A stretch of DNA of 40,639 nt, taken from positions 1 to 40,639 of the forward strand of contig CAJUSR010000032.1 of the NCBI GenBank assembly GCA_910588855.1, written 5' to 3'. Both the position numbers and the translations under genes were made by a program. This document shows positions 17,675 to 26,819 of the stretch, in pieces. Source of the DNA: an uncultured Kineothrix sp. GTDB lineage: Bacteria; Bacillota; Clostridia; Lachnospirales; Lachnospiraceae. Numbering within the stretch: the first letter of the stretch is position 1; the number at the start of each line of letters is the position of its first letter. A model generated the notes under the pieces. That model worked only from the letters and a program-made list of their open reading frames with translations. It ran no database searches and was not told where the DNA came from.

Positions 17675-18868
17675 ATGAAAAAGTTATTAGCATTGCTTTT
17701 AACAGGCGCTATGGTGTTTAGCTTTGCGGCTTGCGGAAACACCGAAGCTCCGGCAGCAGCAGAACCCGCTGCAGAGGCACCGGCAGAAGAAGCAGCGCCG
17801 GCTGAGGAGGCAGCTCCTGCAGAGGAAGCAGCACCGGCTGAGGAGGCAGCGGCAGCAGTTGATTTGAATGTAGGCGTATTCTACTATACATATAGTGATA
17901 CCTACATTTCCAGCGTTCGTACAGCTCTTGATGCAGCTCTTACAGACGCAGGCATCGCTTTCCAGAACTACGATGGAAACAGCAACCAGACAACACAGAA
18001 TGAGCAGATTGATACGGCTATCAGCCAGGGGGCAAACCTTCTTATCGTGAACATCGTTACATCCGGTTCCGTAGATGCTTCCCAGCAGATTGTTGATAAA
18101 GCAAGTGCATCTGGCATCCCTGTTATCTTTTTCAACCGTGCAGTTGAACCCGATGAAGAAGAAGGCAAGGTACTTGGCGCTTATGACAAATGTGCATTCG
18201 TAGGTACAGATGCTCCGGAAGCAGGCCATATGCAGGGTAAGATGATTGGCGATTTCCTTATGGCAAATTACGATGCAGTTGACTTGAACGGCGATGGCGA
18301 AATCAGCTACGCTATGTTCATGGGCCAGTTAGGCAACGCAGAAGCTATTGCACGTACACAGTTTGGTGTAGAAGATGCTAACGCAGTTTTGACAGCAGCA
18401 GGCAAACCGGCATTGGTTTACTTTGATTCTTCCAATTCTGATTGCTACCAGGTAGACCAGGATGGTAACTGGAGTGCAAAAGCAGCAAACGATTATATGG
18501 TTACAAACCTTTCCCAGTACAGCGAAGCTACAGGCAACATGATTGAACTTGTTATCTGCAACAACGACGGTATGGCAGAAGGTGCTATTTCTGCATTGAA
18601 TGCTCAGGGTTATAACCTTGGCGGAGACAGCGTTACTATCCCTGTATTCGGCGTAGATGCAACAGATGCTGCAAAACAGTTGATTGCTGACGGCAAGATG
18701 ACAGGTACTATCAAACAGGATGCAGAAGGTATGGCAAACGGTATTGCATATCTTGCAAAGAACATACAGGCAGGCAAGGAATTAATGGCAGATACAGATT
18801 CCTTCAATATTTCCCCTAATGTAAGCAATAAAATCTTTATCCCTTACGCTCCTTATACCGGTGAATAA
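17675..18868 (+). CDS. Sugar ABC transporter substrate-binding lipoprotein (MglB/galactose-glucose-binding-like) with an Ala/Glu/Pro-rich linker
   Basis: RBS GGAGGA before ATG 17675. Lipobox FAACGN. The repetitive linker AEPAAEAPAEEAAPAEEAAPAEEAAPAEEAAAA is followed by a type-I PBP core (DLNVGVFYYTYSDTY...VIFFNRAV). Confidence 0.8.
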   Translation: MKKLLALLLTGAMVFSFAACGNTEAPAAAEPAAEAPAEEAAPAEEAAPAEEAAPAEEAAAAVDLNVGVFYYTYSDTYISSVRTALDAALTDAGIAFQNYDGNSNQTTQNEQIDTAISQGANLLIVNIVTSGSVDASQQIVDKASASGIPVIFFNRAVEPDEEEGKVLGAYDKCAFVGTDAPEAGHMQGKMIGDFLMANYDAVDLNGDGEISYAMFMGQLGNAEAIARTQFGVEDANAVLTAAGKPALVYFDSSNSDCYQVDQDGNWSAKAANDYMVTNLSQYSEATGNMIELVICNNDGMAEGAISALNAQGYNLGGDSVTIPVFGVDATDAAKQLIADGKMTGTIKQDAEGMANGIAYLAKNIQAGKELMADTDSFNISPNVSNKIFIPYAPYTGE

Positions 18869-18920
18869 AATAAAGGGATGAGGAATACTGCATAGAGCAG
18901 GGCAATCCTTATGTTTATAA

Positions 18921-18958
18921 AAAGCGGTTGCCGCCTTAGGCGGTCGGCCGCTTTTTTT
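18921..18958 (+). terminator. Intra-operon terminator/attenuator hairpin between the binding-protein gene and the ATPase gene
   Basis: AAAGCGGTTGCCGCC TTAG GCGGTCGGCCGCTTTTTTT. Confidence 0.55.
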
Positions 18959-19005
18959 AAAATAAAGTATAGTAAAAAAGCTTATGGAAAAAGGGAGGGT
19001 AAGGC

Positions 19006-20505
19006 ATGGGACAGGATATTCTGCTGCAAATGACGGATATATGCAAGGAATTTCCCGGCGTAAAGGCGCTTGACAATGTTTCCCTGACGGTGAAAAAGGG
19101 AACGGTTCATGCGCTGATGGGGGAAAACGGTGCAGGAAAATCTACATTGATGAAATGTCTGTTCGGAATTTACAACATGGACAGCGGGAAGATTCTTCTG
19201 GACGGAAAAGAAGTAAACTTTAAAAATTCCAAAGAAGCATTGGAAAATGGCGTGGCTATGGTGCATCAGGAATTGAATCAGGCGCTGAAAAGAAATGTCA
19301 TGGATAACATATGGCTTGGGCGTTATCCTATGGTGGGCGGCTTGATGGTAAATGAGAAGAAGATGTACGATGATACCGTAAATGTATTTAAAGAATTAGG
19401 GATAGATATCGACCCAAGAAGGGTAATGAGTACAATGCCTGTTTCGCAGAGGCAGATGGCGGAAATTGCCAAGGCAGTTTCCTATAATTCCAAGGTAATC
19501 GTGTTCGATGAACCTACTTCTTCGCTGACAGAGCAGGAAGTAGAGCATTTATTTAAGATAATTAATATGCTGCGCGACCGTGGATGCGGCATAATTTACA
19601 TATCACACAAGATGGCGGAGATTCTCCGCATTGCCGACGACGTTACCGTAATGCGCGACGGAACTTGGGTAGCTACGGAACCGGCGGAAAAGCTGACGAC
19701 GGAGAAGATTATCAAGCTGATGGTAGGACGTGAACTGACCAACCAGTTCCCTCCAAAAACAAATAAACCGGGCGATGTAGCTCTTGAAGTAGAGAATCTG
19801 ACGGCCCAGTATTCCCTTTTAAAAGATGTATCCTTTAAAGTAAGGAAGGGGGAAATCGTTGGTCTTGCAGGGTTGGACGGCAGCGGGCGTACGGAGGCCC
19901 TGGAAAATATTTTTGGCGTGGCGACGAGGAAAAGCGGAACGATAAAACTGGACGGCAAGGTAGTAAGGAACCGGAATGCCAGAGAGTCCATCAAAAATGG
20001 TTTTGCATTGTTGACCGAGGAACGTCGTGCAACCGGTATTTTTGGTATTTTGAGCATTAGGGAGAATACGGTAATTTCTAGTTTGAAAAAGCATTTGAAA
20101 TTAAAATTTGTCCTTAATGACAAGACGATGCGGGAAGATACCCAATGGTCTATTGACGCGATGCGTACAAAGACGCCGACACAGGAAACCAAAATCCGCT
20201 CCTTATCAGGAGGTAACCAGCAAAAGGTTATTTTGGGAAGATGGCTTTTGACCGAGCCGGAAGTCCTGCTGTTGGATGAGCCTACGAGAGGTATCGACGT
20301 AGGGGCAAAATATGAGATTTACCAGCTTATCCTTGACTTGGCAAACAGGGGGAAAGTAGTAATGGTAGTTTCGTCGGAAATGCCGGAACTGCTTGGAATA
20401 TGCGACAGAATACTCGTAATGTCAGGCGGCCGTCTGGCAGGGGAAGTAAGCGCAAGTGAAACGACGCAGGAAGCGATTATGACTCTTGCGGCTAAATATG
20501 TATAA
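19006..20505 (+). CDS. Sugar ABC transporter ATP-binding protein with two fused ABC domains (MglA/RbsA/XylG-like)
   Basis: Walker [10 protein letters not shown]. Signature-like LSGGNQQKV in the second domain. The 499 aa length fits a duplicated ABC ATPase. Confidence 0.9.
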   Translation: MGQDILLQMTDICKEFPGVKALDNVSLTVKKGTVHALMGENGAGKSTLMKCLFGIYNMDSGKILLDGKEVNFKNSKEALENGVAMVHQELNQALKRNVMDNIWLGRYPMVGGLMVNEKKMYDDTVNVFKELGIDIDPRRVMSTMPVSQRQMAEIAKAVSYNSKVIVFDEPTSSLTEQEVEHLFKIINMLRDRGCGIIYISHKMAEILRIADDVTVMRDGTWVATEPAEKLTTEKIIKLMVGRELTNQFPPKTNKPGDVALEVENLTAQYSLLKDVSFKVRKGEIVGLAGLDGSGRTEALENIFGVATRKSGTIKLDGKVVRNRNARESIKNGFALLTEERRATGIFGILSIRENTVISSLKKHLKLKFVLNDKTMREDTQWSIDAMRTKTPTQETKIRSLSGGNQQKVILGRWLLTEPEVLLLDEPTRGIDVGAKYEIYQLILDLANRGKVVMVVSSEMPELLGICDRILVMSGGRLAGEVSASETTQEAIMTLAAKYV

Positions 20506-20519
20506 GGAGGCGATTTCTT

Positions 20520-21590
20520 ATGAGAGCAATTACGAATATGAAGCAGTCCTATTCCCGTTATCTGGCATTGGACAGCAAAGACAAGAAAACGTTTTGGAAG
20601 GAAGCAGTTATCAATAATGCGATTTATTTCCTTCTGTTGATAGTAGTTATTTACACGACGGTAAAAAATCCGAACTTTATTAAGGCACCGTCCATTGTAA
20701 ATATCATTAGCCTTTCGGCGGCAAATCTGCCAATTGCCTGCGGGATTGCAGGATGTATCGTATTGACTGGTACAGACCTTTCCGCTGGGCGTGTAGTTGG
20801 TTTGACAGCTTGTATTTCTGCATCCCTTTTGCAGTCTTTAAGCTATGCATCCAGAATGTTCCCGGAACTTCCGGTACTTCCTATTCCGGTAGTTATCCTT
20901 GCAGTTATTGTTGTAGGTGGTATTGTAGGTCTGGTAAACGGCTTCTTCGTAGCTAAGTTCCAGCTTCATCCGTTTATCGTTACTTTGGCAACACAGTTGA
21001 TTGTATACGGTGTCCTATTGATGTACATTATGATTAACGGCAATAATGGACAGCCTCTTTCCGGTTTGGATGATTCCTTTAAAAGTTTTGTAACCGGAAG
21101 CTTTATTGGTTTAGGAGGCGTTGCCATTCCTAACTTTGTATGGTATGCATGTATTATTGTGGCTCTTATGTGGTTTATCTGGAATAAAACCACATTCGGT
21201 AAAAATATGTTTGCAGTTGGTTCCAACCCGGAAGCAGCTAATGTATCCGGTGTTAACGTAATGAAGACGACAATCCTTGTACATACTCTTGCTGGTATGA
21301 TGTACGGTATTACCGGTTTTATTGAGGCAGCAAGGACCGCTTCCAACTCTGCAGCAACAGGGCTTAACTATGAATGTGACGCTATCGCAGCCTGCGTTAT
21401 CGGCGGTGTATCTTTTGTCGGTGGTACTGGTAAAATCAGCGGTATTGTAATGGGGGTTGTATTGCTCCGTATTATTTTCGTTGCATTGAACTTCTTGTCC
21501 ATCAACGCAGCGATGCAGTATGTTATCAAAGGTTTGATTATTCTGGTTGTTTGCGCAATTGATATGAGAAAATATTTGGTTCGTAAATAA
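20520..21590 (+). CDS. Sugar ABC transporter permease (MglC/RbsC-like, multi-TM)
   Basis: Highly hydrophobic 356 aa with about 8-10 TM helices. It follows the ATPase gene after a 14-nt gap and has an RBS GGAGG. Confidence 0.85.
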   Translation: MRAITNMKQSYSRYLALDSKDKKTFWKEAVINNAIYFLLLIVVIYTTVKNPNFIKAPSIVNIISLSAANLPIACGIAGCIVLTGTDLSAGRVVGLTACISASLLQSLSYASRMFPELPVLPIPVVILAVIVVGGIVGLVNGFFVAKFQLHPFIVTLATQLIVYGVLLMYIMINGNNGQPLSGLDDSFKSFVTGSFIGLGGVAIPNFVWYACIIVALMWFIWNKTTFGKNMFAVGSNPEAANVSGVNVMKTTILVHTLAGMMYGITGFIEAARTASNSAATGLNYECDAIAACVIGGVSFVGGTGKISGIVMGVVLLRIIFVALNFLSINAAMQYVIKGLIILVVCAIDMRKYLVRK

Positions 21591-21632
21591 GCCGGGATAT
21601 ATGGTTTTAGTGGAAAAAAAGCTACGGCAGAA

Positions 21633-22313
21633 ATGGGCAGTGGCGAAGAAAGGCGGCAGAGGATGGAAAACCGGCAGGAAAATGAAACAGAGGGCAGCAA
21701 ACTGCCTGTAGAAAATCATGAAAAAGGCGGGAGTACCCAGGGGGCGGAAAGCGTAAGCGGCCGCCCCCGCCGTTTTGGCAGGGGGATTTATGATAAGACA
21801 GACACTCCAATCCGCCTTTTGGACGGCTTTATAGTGGGTGTTATTATTGTTATTGTGGTAATGGTGGTTGTATTCGCGCTATTTGGTGGGTATACGGTTG
21901 CCTTTGATACTTCCGGAGGAACGGAAATTGCTTCCCAAAAGCTAAGATACGGCAATTATATAGAGAAGCCGGAAGACCCGGTACGTCAGGGCTATGAATT
22001 TGCCGGCTGGTATTATGAGGGTCATGAAGAGGAAACATGGGATTTTTCCGTAGATAAAGTGGGCGGCGATTTGACATTGATTGCCCGATGGGAACCGGCG
22101 GAAGTGACCGTAAAGTTTGATGCGGACGGTGGGCAAATGCCGGAAGGGGTGGAATCCATGCAGGTAACTTATCAGGGATTTTACGGTGAACTCCCCATTC
22201 CCGAAAAAGAAGGCAGACAGTTTGCCGGATGGGAATACAGCGGGGAGAAAATCACCGCGGACAGTATGGTAATGATGCCAGGTGAACACGTGTTGACGGC
22301 AATGTGGGAGTAG
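21633..22313 (+). CDS. Membrane-anchored protein with Listeria-Bacteroides-type repeat domains (Flg_new / List_Bact_rpt)
   Basis: Single TM helix (FIVGVIIVIVVMVVVFALFGG). Two repeats of the pattern YTV.FD..GG...(Q)...Y...P..P...GY.F.GW. The start may be the internal Met at 21663. Confidence 0.55.
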   Translation: MGSGEERRQRMENRQENETEGSKLPVENHEKGGSTQGAESVSGRPRRFGRGIYDKTDTPIRLLDGFIVGVIIVIVVMVVVFALFGGYTVAFDTSGGTEIASQKLRYGNYIEKPEDPVRQGYEFAGWYYEGHEEETWDFSVDKVGGDLTLIARWEPAEVTVKFDADGGQMPEGVESMQVTYQGFYGELPIPEKEGRQFAGWEYSGEKITADSMVMMPGEHVLTAMWE

Positions 22314-22527
22314 AAGTATTCTTTGTGTAGTGATTTTGCGCAACGATTTTCTACTACAGTTTTTGCCGGAATTTTTGTAGCGATTCTTTTATGGGATTTG
22401 GGTGTCAAAATCTGCATTGGTAAATAAGTCCTATTGCAATTTTTATCCAAAGTGATATAATGACATTCGTTGGGTAGGTATTTAATAGAATATTTGCGAA
22501 AAAAGATTATCAGGGAGGATGATTATC

Positions 22528-22974
22528 ATGAGAAACAAAATTGTAAAACGTATTGCTGCGCTTTTGTCCGTAGCTGTAATGTGTGTATCGGTAGTTGCTT
22601 GTGGCGGCGGAAGCGAGAAAGCAGGAGCAGATACTTTGACAGAGGAAGAATATGAAGCAAAAGCAGAGGAATTAGGAAATTCTTTGAACACTGCTATGAC
22701 AGATGCAGCTTCTATCGACCCTAATGATGTAGAAGCAGCAAAAGAGTTCATCGAAGGGTTAAAAGCTCCTTTTATTGAGTTTGGGGCATTAAATGCACCG
22801 GCAAAATATGCAGATGCACATGCTAAGTTCAAATCAGGATGTGATGCAATGGTAGAGTATCTTGATATATGTGTGCAGGCTATGGATACAGGCGAAGTAG
22901 ACATGGAAAAAATGACATCTTTGCTTACGACAATTGAGACTGACTTTACAGAAGGCGCTAACATGATAGAATAA
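22528..22974 (+). CDS. Small lipoprotein of unknown function
   Basis: An extended -10 promoter (TTGCAA-17-TGATATAAT, about 22436-22468) lies upstream. RBS GGGAGG is present. Lipobox VVACGGG. The rest is acidic and helical. Confidence 0.6.
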   Translation: MRNKIVKRIAALLSVAVMCVSVVACGGGSEKAGADTLTEEEYEAKAEELGNSLNTAMTDAASIDPNDVEAAKEFIEGLKAPFIEFGALNAPAKYADAHAKFKSGCDAMVEYLDICVQAMDTGEVDMEKMTSLLTTIETDFTEGANMIE

Positions 22975-23062
22975 GAAGCGGCCAAGTAATTACATAAAAA
23001 CATTGGACGGAATGCCAGTATTTGAAACAGGAAAAAGTTTCAGATACTGGCTTTTTCATCTT

Positions 23063-23307
23063 ATAGGATTCGGGTGTCAAAAGGTTTGCCGGGCAGTGCC
23101 GCTTGGCATATGGCACAAAAAATATGTGCGCGTTGCATTGTACGGAGCATTCCGATGAGCCTCTTAAGGCAAAATCGTGTTCAGCATTGGCTTCCACGAT
23201 TTTAGAGTCTCCTCTCCATCGTACAAAAGCCACTTGCACAATATTCTTTTGTGCCATATGCCAAGCGGCACTGCCCGGCAGACCTTTTGACACCCGAATC
23301 CTTATAG
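23063..23307. mobile_element. MITE-like element, about 245 bp, with about 58-bp near-perfect terminal inverted repeats and no transposase
   Basis: The left inverted repeat TATAGGATTCGGGTGTCAAAAGGTTTGCCGGGCAGTGCCGCTTGGCATATGGCACAAAA (23063-23120) matches the reverse complement at 23247-23307. The same repeat begins a partial copy at 40582-40639. Confidence 0.65.
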
Positions 23308-23576
23308 GAAAGTCCTTCGCCAGAAGGACGTAGATTGAGGAAGAACCGAAGGTTCTTCATGAAGTGTCGAAGACACTTTTTTACCATATAGGAATGTTCT
23401 CCGAATTTCCCATATAGTAAAAAATAATTATCGCATTTATTCTATTGTATGGAATATCTCTCTGGGAGTTGGCCGCTGGACCGCCACAGTGTTTTGGCGG
23501 GGGTAGGCAAAGGATGCACACTTTTTGTGAGTATGTTAGAATATAAGAAATAAGATGGTGGAAGAAGGGCTTCTGT

Positions 23577-24470
23577 ATGGACAAGAGATATTTGAAAGAG
23601 GAGGCTGTGCATGGAACGGTAAAATTCCCGTTGGCGGTATATCGGTATGAAGAAGAGGGCGAATTTGTCGTTAATCTGCATTGGCATGAAGAAACGGAGA
23701 TTATTTTTTTAAAAAAAGGTAGATTTTGCATTGACATCAATATGCAGAAATATAGTTTGGAAAGCCCTGCCCTGGTTTTTGTGGGTTCCGGGGATATTCA
23801 TGGAATACACGGAGAGGAAGGGTGCCAGGAAAGTGCGGTAGTTTTTGATATGAAGATGCTCAGCTTTGAGTATTATGATAGTGTGCAACATCAGATGATA
23901 AGCCCATTGCTCAATAAATCGGTGCAGTTTCCGTTGGTAGTTACCGCAGGGGATAGCATTTGGGGAGAGTTGGCCGGGTTGTATGAAAAGGTGCCAAAAG
24001 AAGCATGCAGGGATACGCCCGCGTCAAGAATGCGGGTAAAGGCCTATCTTCTGCAAATATTTGCATGTATGTATGAAAATGGGAAATTCGTCAATATAGG
24101 AAGCACATTGGATTATGAGAGCAGGAAGATAGAAAATATAAAAAAGGTACTCGGATTTATCCAGGAGAATTACGGGCAGAGGATTACTAATCAGGATATG
24201 GCACAGGTTGTCCAGATGAATGCCCAATATTTTTGCCGCTATTTTAAACGGGTGATGGGAAAAACGCCTACGGAATATGTAAATGAGGTGAGAGTGGAAA
24301 AGGCAGCTCAGTATTTGTATAGGACAGATAGGAAAATTATTGATATTGCTATGGAATGCGGCTATGAAAATATGGGGTATTTTATCCGGCGGTTCCGGGA
24401 ACAGAAAGGCGTTCTTCCTTCAGAATATAGAAAAAGTCAAAATAGTGTAACAAATGGTCAGATGGGATAA
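23577..24470 (+). CDS. AraC-family transcriptional regulator (N-terminal cupin/AraC-binding domain plus C-terminal HTH)
   Basis: C-terminal AraC HTH signature (ITNQDMAQVVQMNAQYFCRYFKRVMGKTPTEYVNEVRVEKAAQYL...IIDIAMECGYENMGYFIRRFREQKGVLPSEYR). Confidence 0.85.
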   Translation: MDKRYLKEEAVHGTVKFPLAVYRYEEEGEFVVNLHWHEETEIIFLKKGRFCIDINMQKYSLESPALVFVGSGDIHGIHGEEGCQESAVVFDMKMLSFEYYDSVQHQMISPLLNKSVQFPLVVTAGDSIWGELAGLYEKVPKEACRDTPASRMRVKAYLLQIFACMYENGKFVNIGSTLDYESRKIENIKKVLGFIQENYGQRITNQDMAQVVQMNAQYFCRYFKRVMGKTPTEYVNEVRVEKAAQYLYRTDRKIIDIAMECGYENMGYFIRRFREQKGVLPSEYRKSQNSVTNGQMG

Positions 24471-24719
24471 AGAAAAAAGGGATAAGGGTTCCTATAATGT
24501 AACCAAGATGAATTGACCCAGAAGAAGAAAAGGATGCGGCAGCGCAGTATGGGAATGGAAGGGCATGCAACGGCCGAAAGATGGTTTGCAGATGGGAACT
24601 GAGGCATAGTGTGAACAATCAGCTTGATAACTGATTTTAGCACATGGATGTTTGTGCCGAAGCATCATAAATCACCCCCGATAAACCCACTGCGTAAACG
24701 TTCCGGAATGGAGATTAAT

Positions 24720-26384
24720 ATGAAAAAACAATGGTGGCATGGAAAAATAGCGTATCAGATTTATCCCAAAAGTTTTTATGACAGCAATGGAGACGGAATC
24801 GGCGATATCAGAGGGATTATAGAAAAATTGGATTATTTAAAGGAATTAGGGGTGGACATTGTATGGATATCCCCGATTTATCAATCCCCTTTTGTGGACC
24901 AGGGGTATGACATTTCCGATTATTATAAAATAGATCCGGCATTCGGCACGATGGAAGATTTTGATGAATTGCTGAAAGAAGCCAAAAAAAGAGATATGTA
25001 CATATTGATGGACTTGGTCATCAATCATTGCTCGGATCAGCACGAATGGTTCAAGAAGGCACTGGCAGACCCGGAAGGGGAGTATGGCGGATATTTCTAT
25101 TTTGAAAAAGGCAAGGACGGAAAGGCGCCTAGCAATTACCGTTCTTATTTCGGAGGCAGTGCATGGGAACCGGTATCGGGAACGGATTTGTATTATCTGC
25201 ATTTGTTTGCCAAAGAACAGCCGGACTTGAACTGGGAGAATAAAAAAGTGAGGGAAGACTTGTTCAATATGGTTAATTGGTGGCTGGACAAAGGGCTGGC
25301 AGGGTTCCGGATTGACGCAATTATCAATATCAAAAAGACGGACGGATTTCCGGATTATGAACCGGACGGGGATGACGGGTTGGTTAGATGTACACGAATG
25401 ATAGAAGAGGCGGAAGGGATAGGGCAATTCCTTCAGGAACTTCGGACGGAAACATTCCAAAAACACGATGCATTTTCCGTAGGGGAAGTATTTAATATGA
25501 AAGAAGGGGAATTAGAACATTTTGTAGGTGATGAAGGGTATTTTTCCACCATGTTCGATTTTGCGCCTTTAGAAACCACGCTGGGCGGGCATGGCTGGTA
25601 TGATGCCCCCGGGTATGATTTTATCAGATGGCGTAAGGCTGTGACTGAATCCCAACTGCTTTGCCAAGGGGTCGGTTTTCTGGCGAATATTATCGAAAAC
25701 CATGATGAACCGAGAGGTGCAAGCACTTATCTGCCGGACTATGCGCAAAACAGCGATGGTATTAAAATGTTGGCGACTGCCAGCATTTTGTTGAGGGGCT
25801 TGCCGTTCCTGTATCAGGGGCAGGAAATCGGGATGAAAAACTGCAGGATGGGGAATATAGAGGAGTATGACGATATTGATACGAAGAACCAGTATCAAGT
25901 GGCAATGGAGGCAGGGCTGTCGCCGGAGGAGGCGATGGAAGTATGCTTCAGGCATAGCCGGGACAATGCGAGGACGCCTATGCAGTGGAGCTGCGAAGAA
26001 AATGCCGGATTTACATCCGGTATGCCCTGGCTGAAAGTGAACCCGAATTATACGAAGATAAATGTGGAAGAGGAAGAAAAGGATGCTTCTTCGGTACTGG
26101 CTTACTATAAGGAGCTGCTGGCTTTGCGGAAAGCGCCGGATTATGTGGAAGTATTTACTTACGGGGATTTTGTGCCTGCTTATGACGGTGAGGAGATGCT
26201 GTTTGCTTATCATAGGAAAAACGAAAACAAGGATATCCTGATAGTTACTAATTTTGGCACAGAAAGGACAAAATTCCCGTTGGAAAAGAGCGGAAAGCTT
26301 TTGCTGAAAAATAGGGAAGATGTGCTGTTAGAAGAGGACGGGTTAATTTTGCCAAAGTGTGGTGCAGCAGTTGTGGAATGTTAG
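24720..26384 (+). CDS. GH13 alpha-glucosidase / oligo-1,6-glucosidase-like enzyme
   Basis: MKKQWWHGKIAYQIYPKSFYDSNGDGIGDIRGII...GVDIVWISPIYQSP...YILMDLVINHCSDQHEWF...GFRIDAI...GEVF...NHDEPR. All the conserved GH13 regions are present. Confidence 0.85.
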   Translation: MKKQWWHGKIAYQIYPKSFYDSNGDGIGDIRGIIEKLDYLKELGVDIVWISPIYQSPFVDQGYDISDYYKIDPAFGTMEDFDELLKEAKKRDMYILMDLVINHCSDQHEWFKKALADPEGEYGGYFYFEKGKDGKAPSNYRSYFGGSAWEPVSGTDLYYLHLFAKEQPDLNWENKKVREDLFNMVNWWLDKGLAGFRIDAIINIKKTDGFPDYEPDGDDGLVRCTRMIEEAEGIGQFLQELRTETFQKHDAFSVGEVFNMKEGELEHFVGDEGYFSTMFDFAPLETTLGGHGWYDAPGYDFIRWRKAVTESQLLCQGVGFLANIIENHDEPRGASTYLPDYAQNSDGIKMLATASILLRGLPFLYQGQEIGMKNCRMGNIEEYDDIDTKNQYQVAMEAGLSPEEAMEVCFRHSRDNARTPMQWSCEENAGFTSGMPWLKVNPNYTKINVEEEEKDASSVLAYYKELLALRKAPDYVEVFTYGDFVPAYDGEEMLFAYHRKNENKDILIVTNFGTERTKFPLEKSGKLLLKNREDVLLEEDGLILPKCGAAVVEC

Positions 26385-26432
26385 GCAGGGCTTTCGATAC
26401 AGAAACCTTGTGACAGAAAAATTGAAAAAAGT

Positions 26433-26750
26433 ATTGACTTTTTAGCAGATATTGCATAAAATTTAGTAAATCGTTGAAAAAGCGTGAGTACATATGGAAA
26501 AGAAGTTTCAGAGAGCTGCAGAGGGTGGAAATGCGGTACGGATTGCTGTATGGAATGGGCTTTGGAGAGCAAACGGAAACCGGAATTTTTATTTCCGGAA
26601 GTAAGGGCGCCGGAGTGGAACCTCCGTTAACAAGCGGATATGTGTTGGCATATCATGAGTGGATGCAATATAGCGTCAAGCAGGGTGGCACCGCAGGAAT
26701 AATTATCCTGTCCCGGCAGAAAGCCGGGATGGGATTTTTTTTGCATCATA
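26433..26750 (+). promoter_or_regulatory. Promoter plus T-box riboswitch leader (probable Trp specifier) ending in an intrinsic terminator, upstream of trpB2
   Basis: TTGACT (26433-26438), a 17-bp spacer, then TAAAAT. Conserved T-box sequence AGCAGGGTGGCACCGCAGG (about 26670-26688). Terminator CCCGGCAGAAAGCCGGG followed by a T8 run (about 26712-26745). A candidate specifier UGG(A) lies in the stem-I region at about 26556. Confidence 0.6.
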
Positions 26751-26819
26751 GGATTTATATGCAATGGCGGCGGCCTGTAAAAAACCTCAAACCGGCGGCA
26801 AAAAGAAAGGAGAAGGAAA

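Noticed and set aside
17699-18229. 176 aa Cys-rich minus-strand ORF
   Set aside because: It is antisense to the well-supported MglB-like gene, and its composition reflects the GC-rich Ala/Glu linker codons on the opposite strand.
22482-23003. 173 aa minus-strand ORF
   Set aside because: It is antisense to the small lipoprotein gene, which has a signal peptide, lipobox, RBS and promoter, and it has no features of its own.
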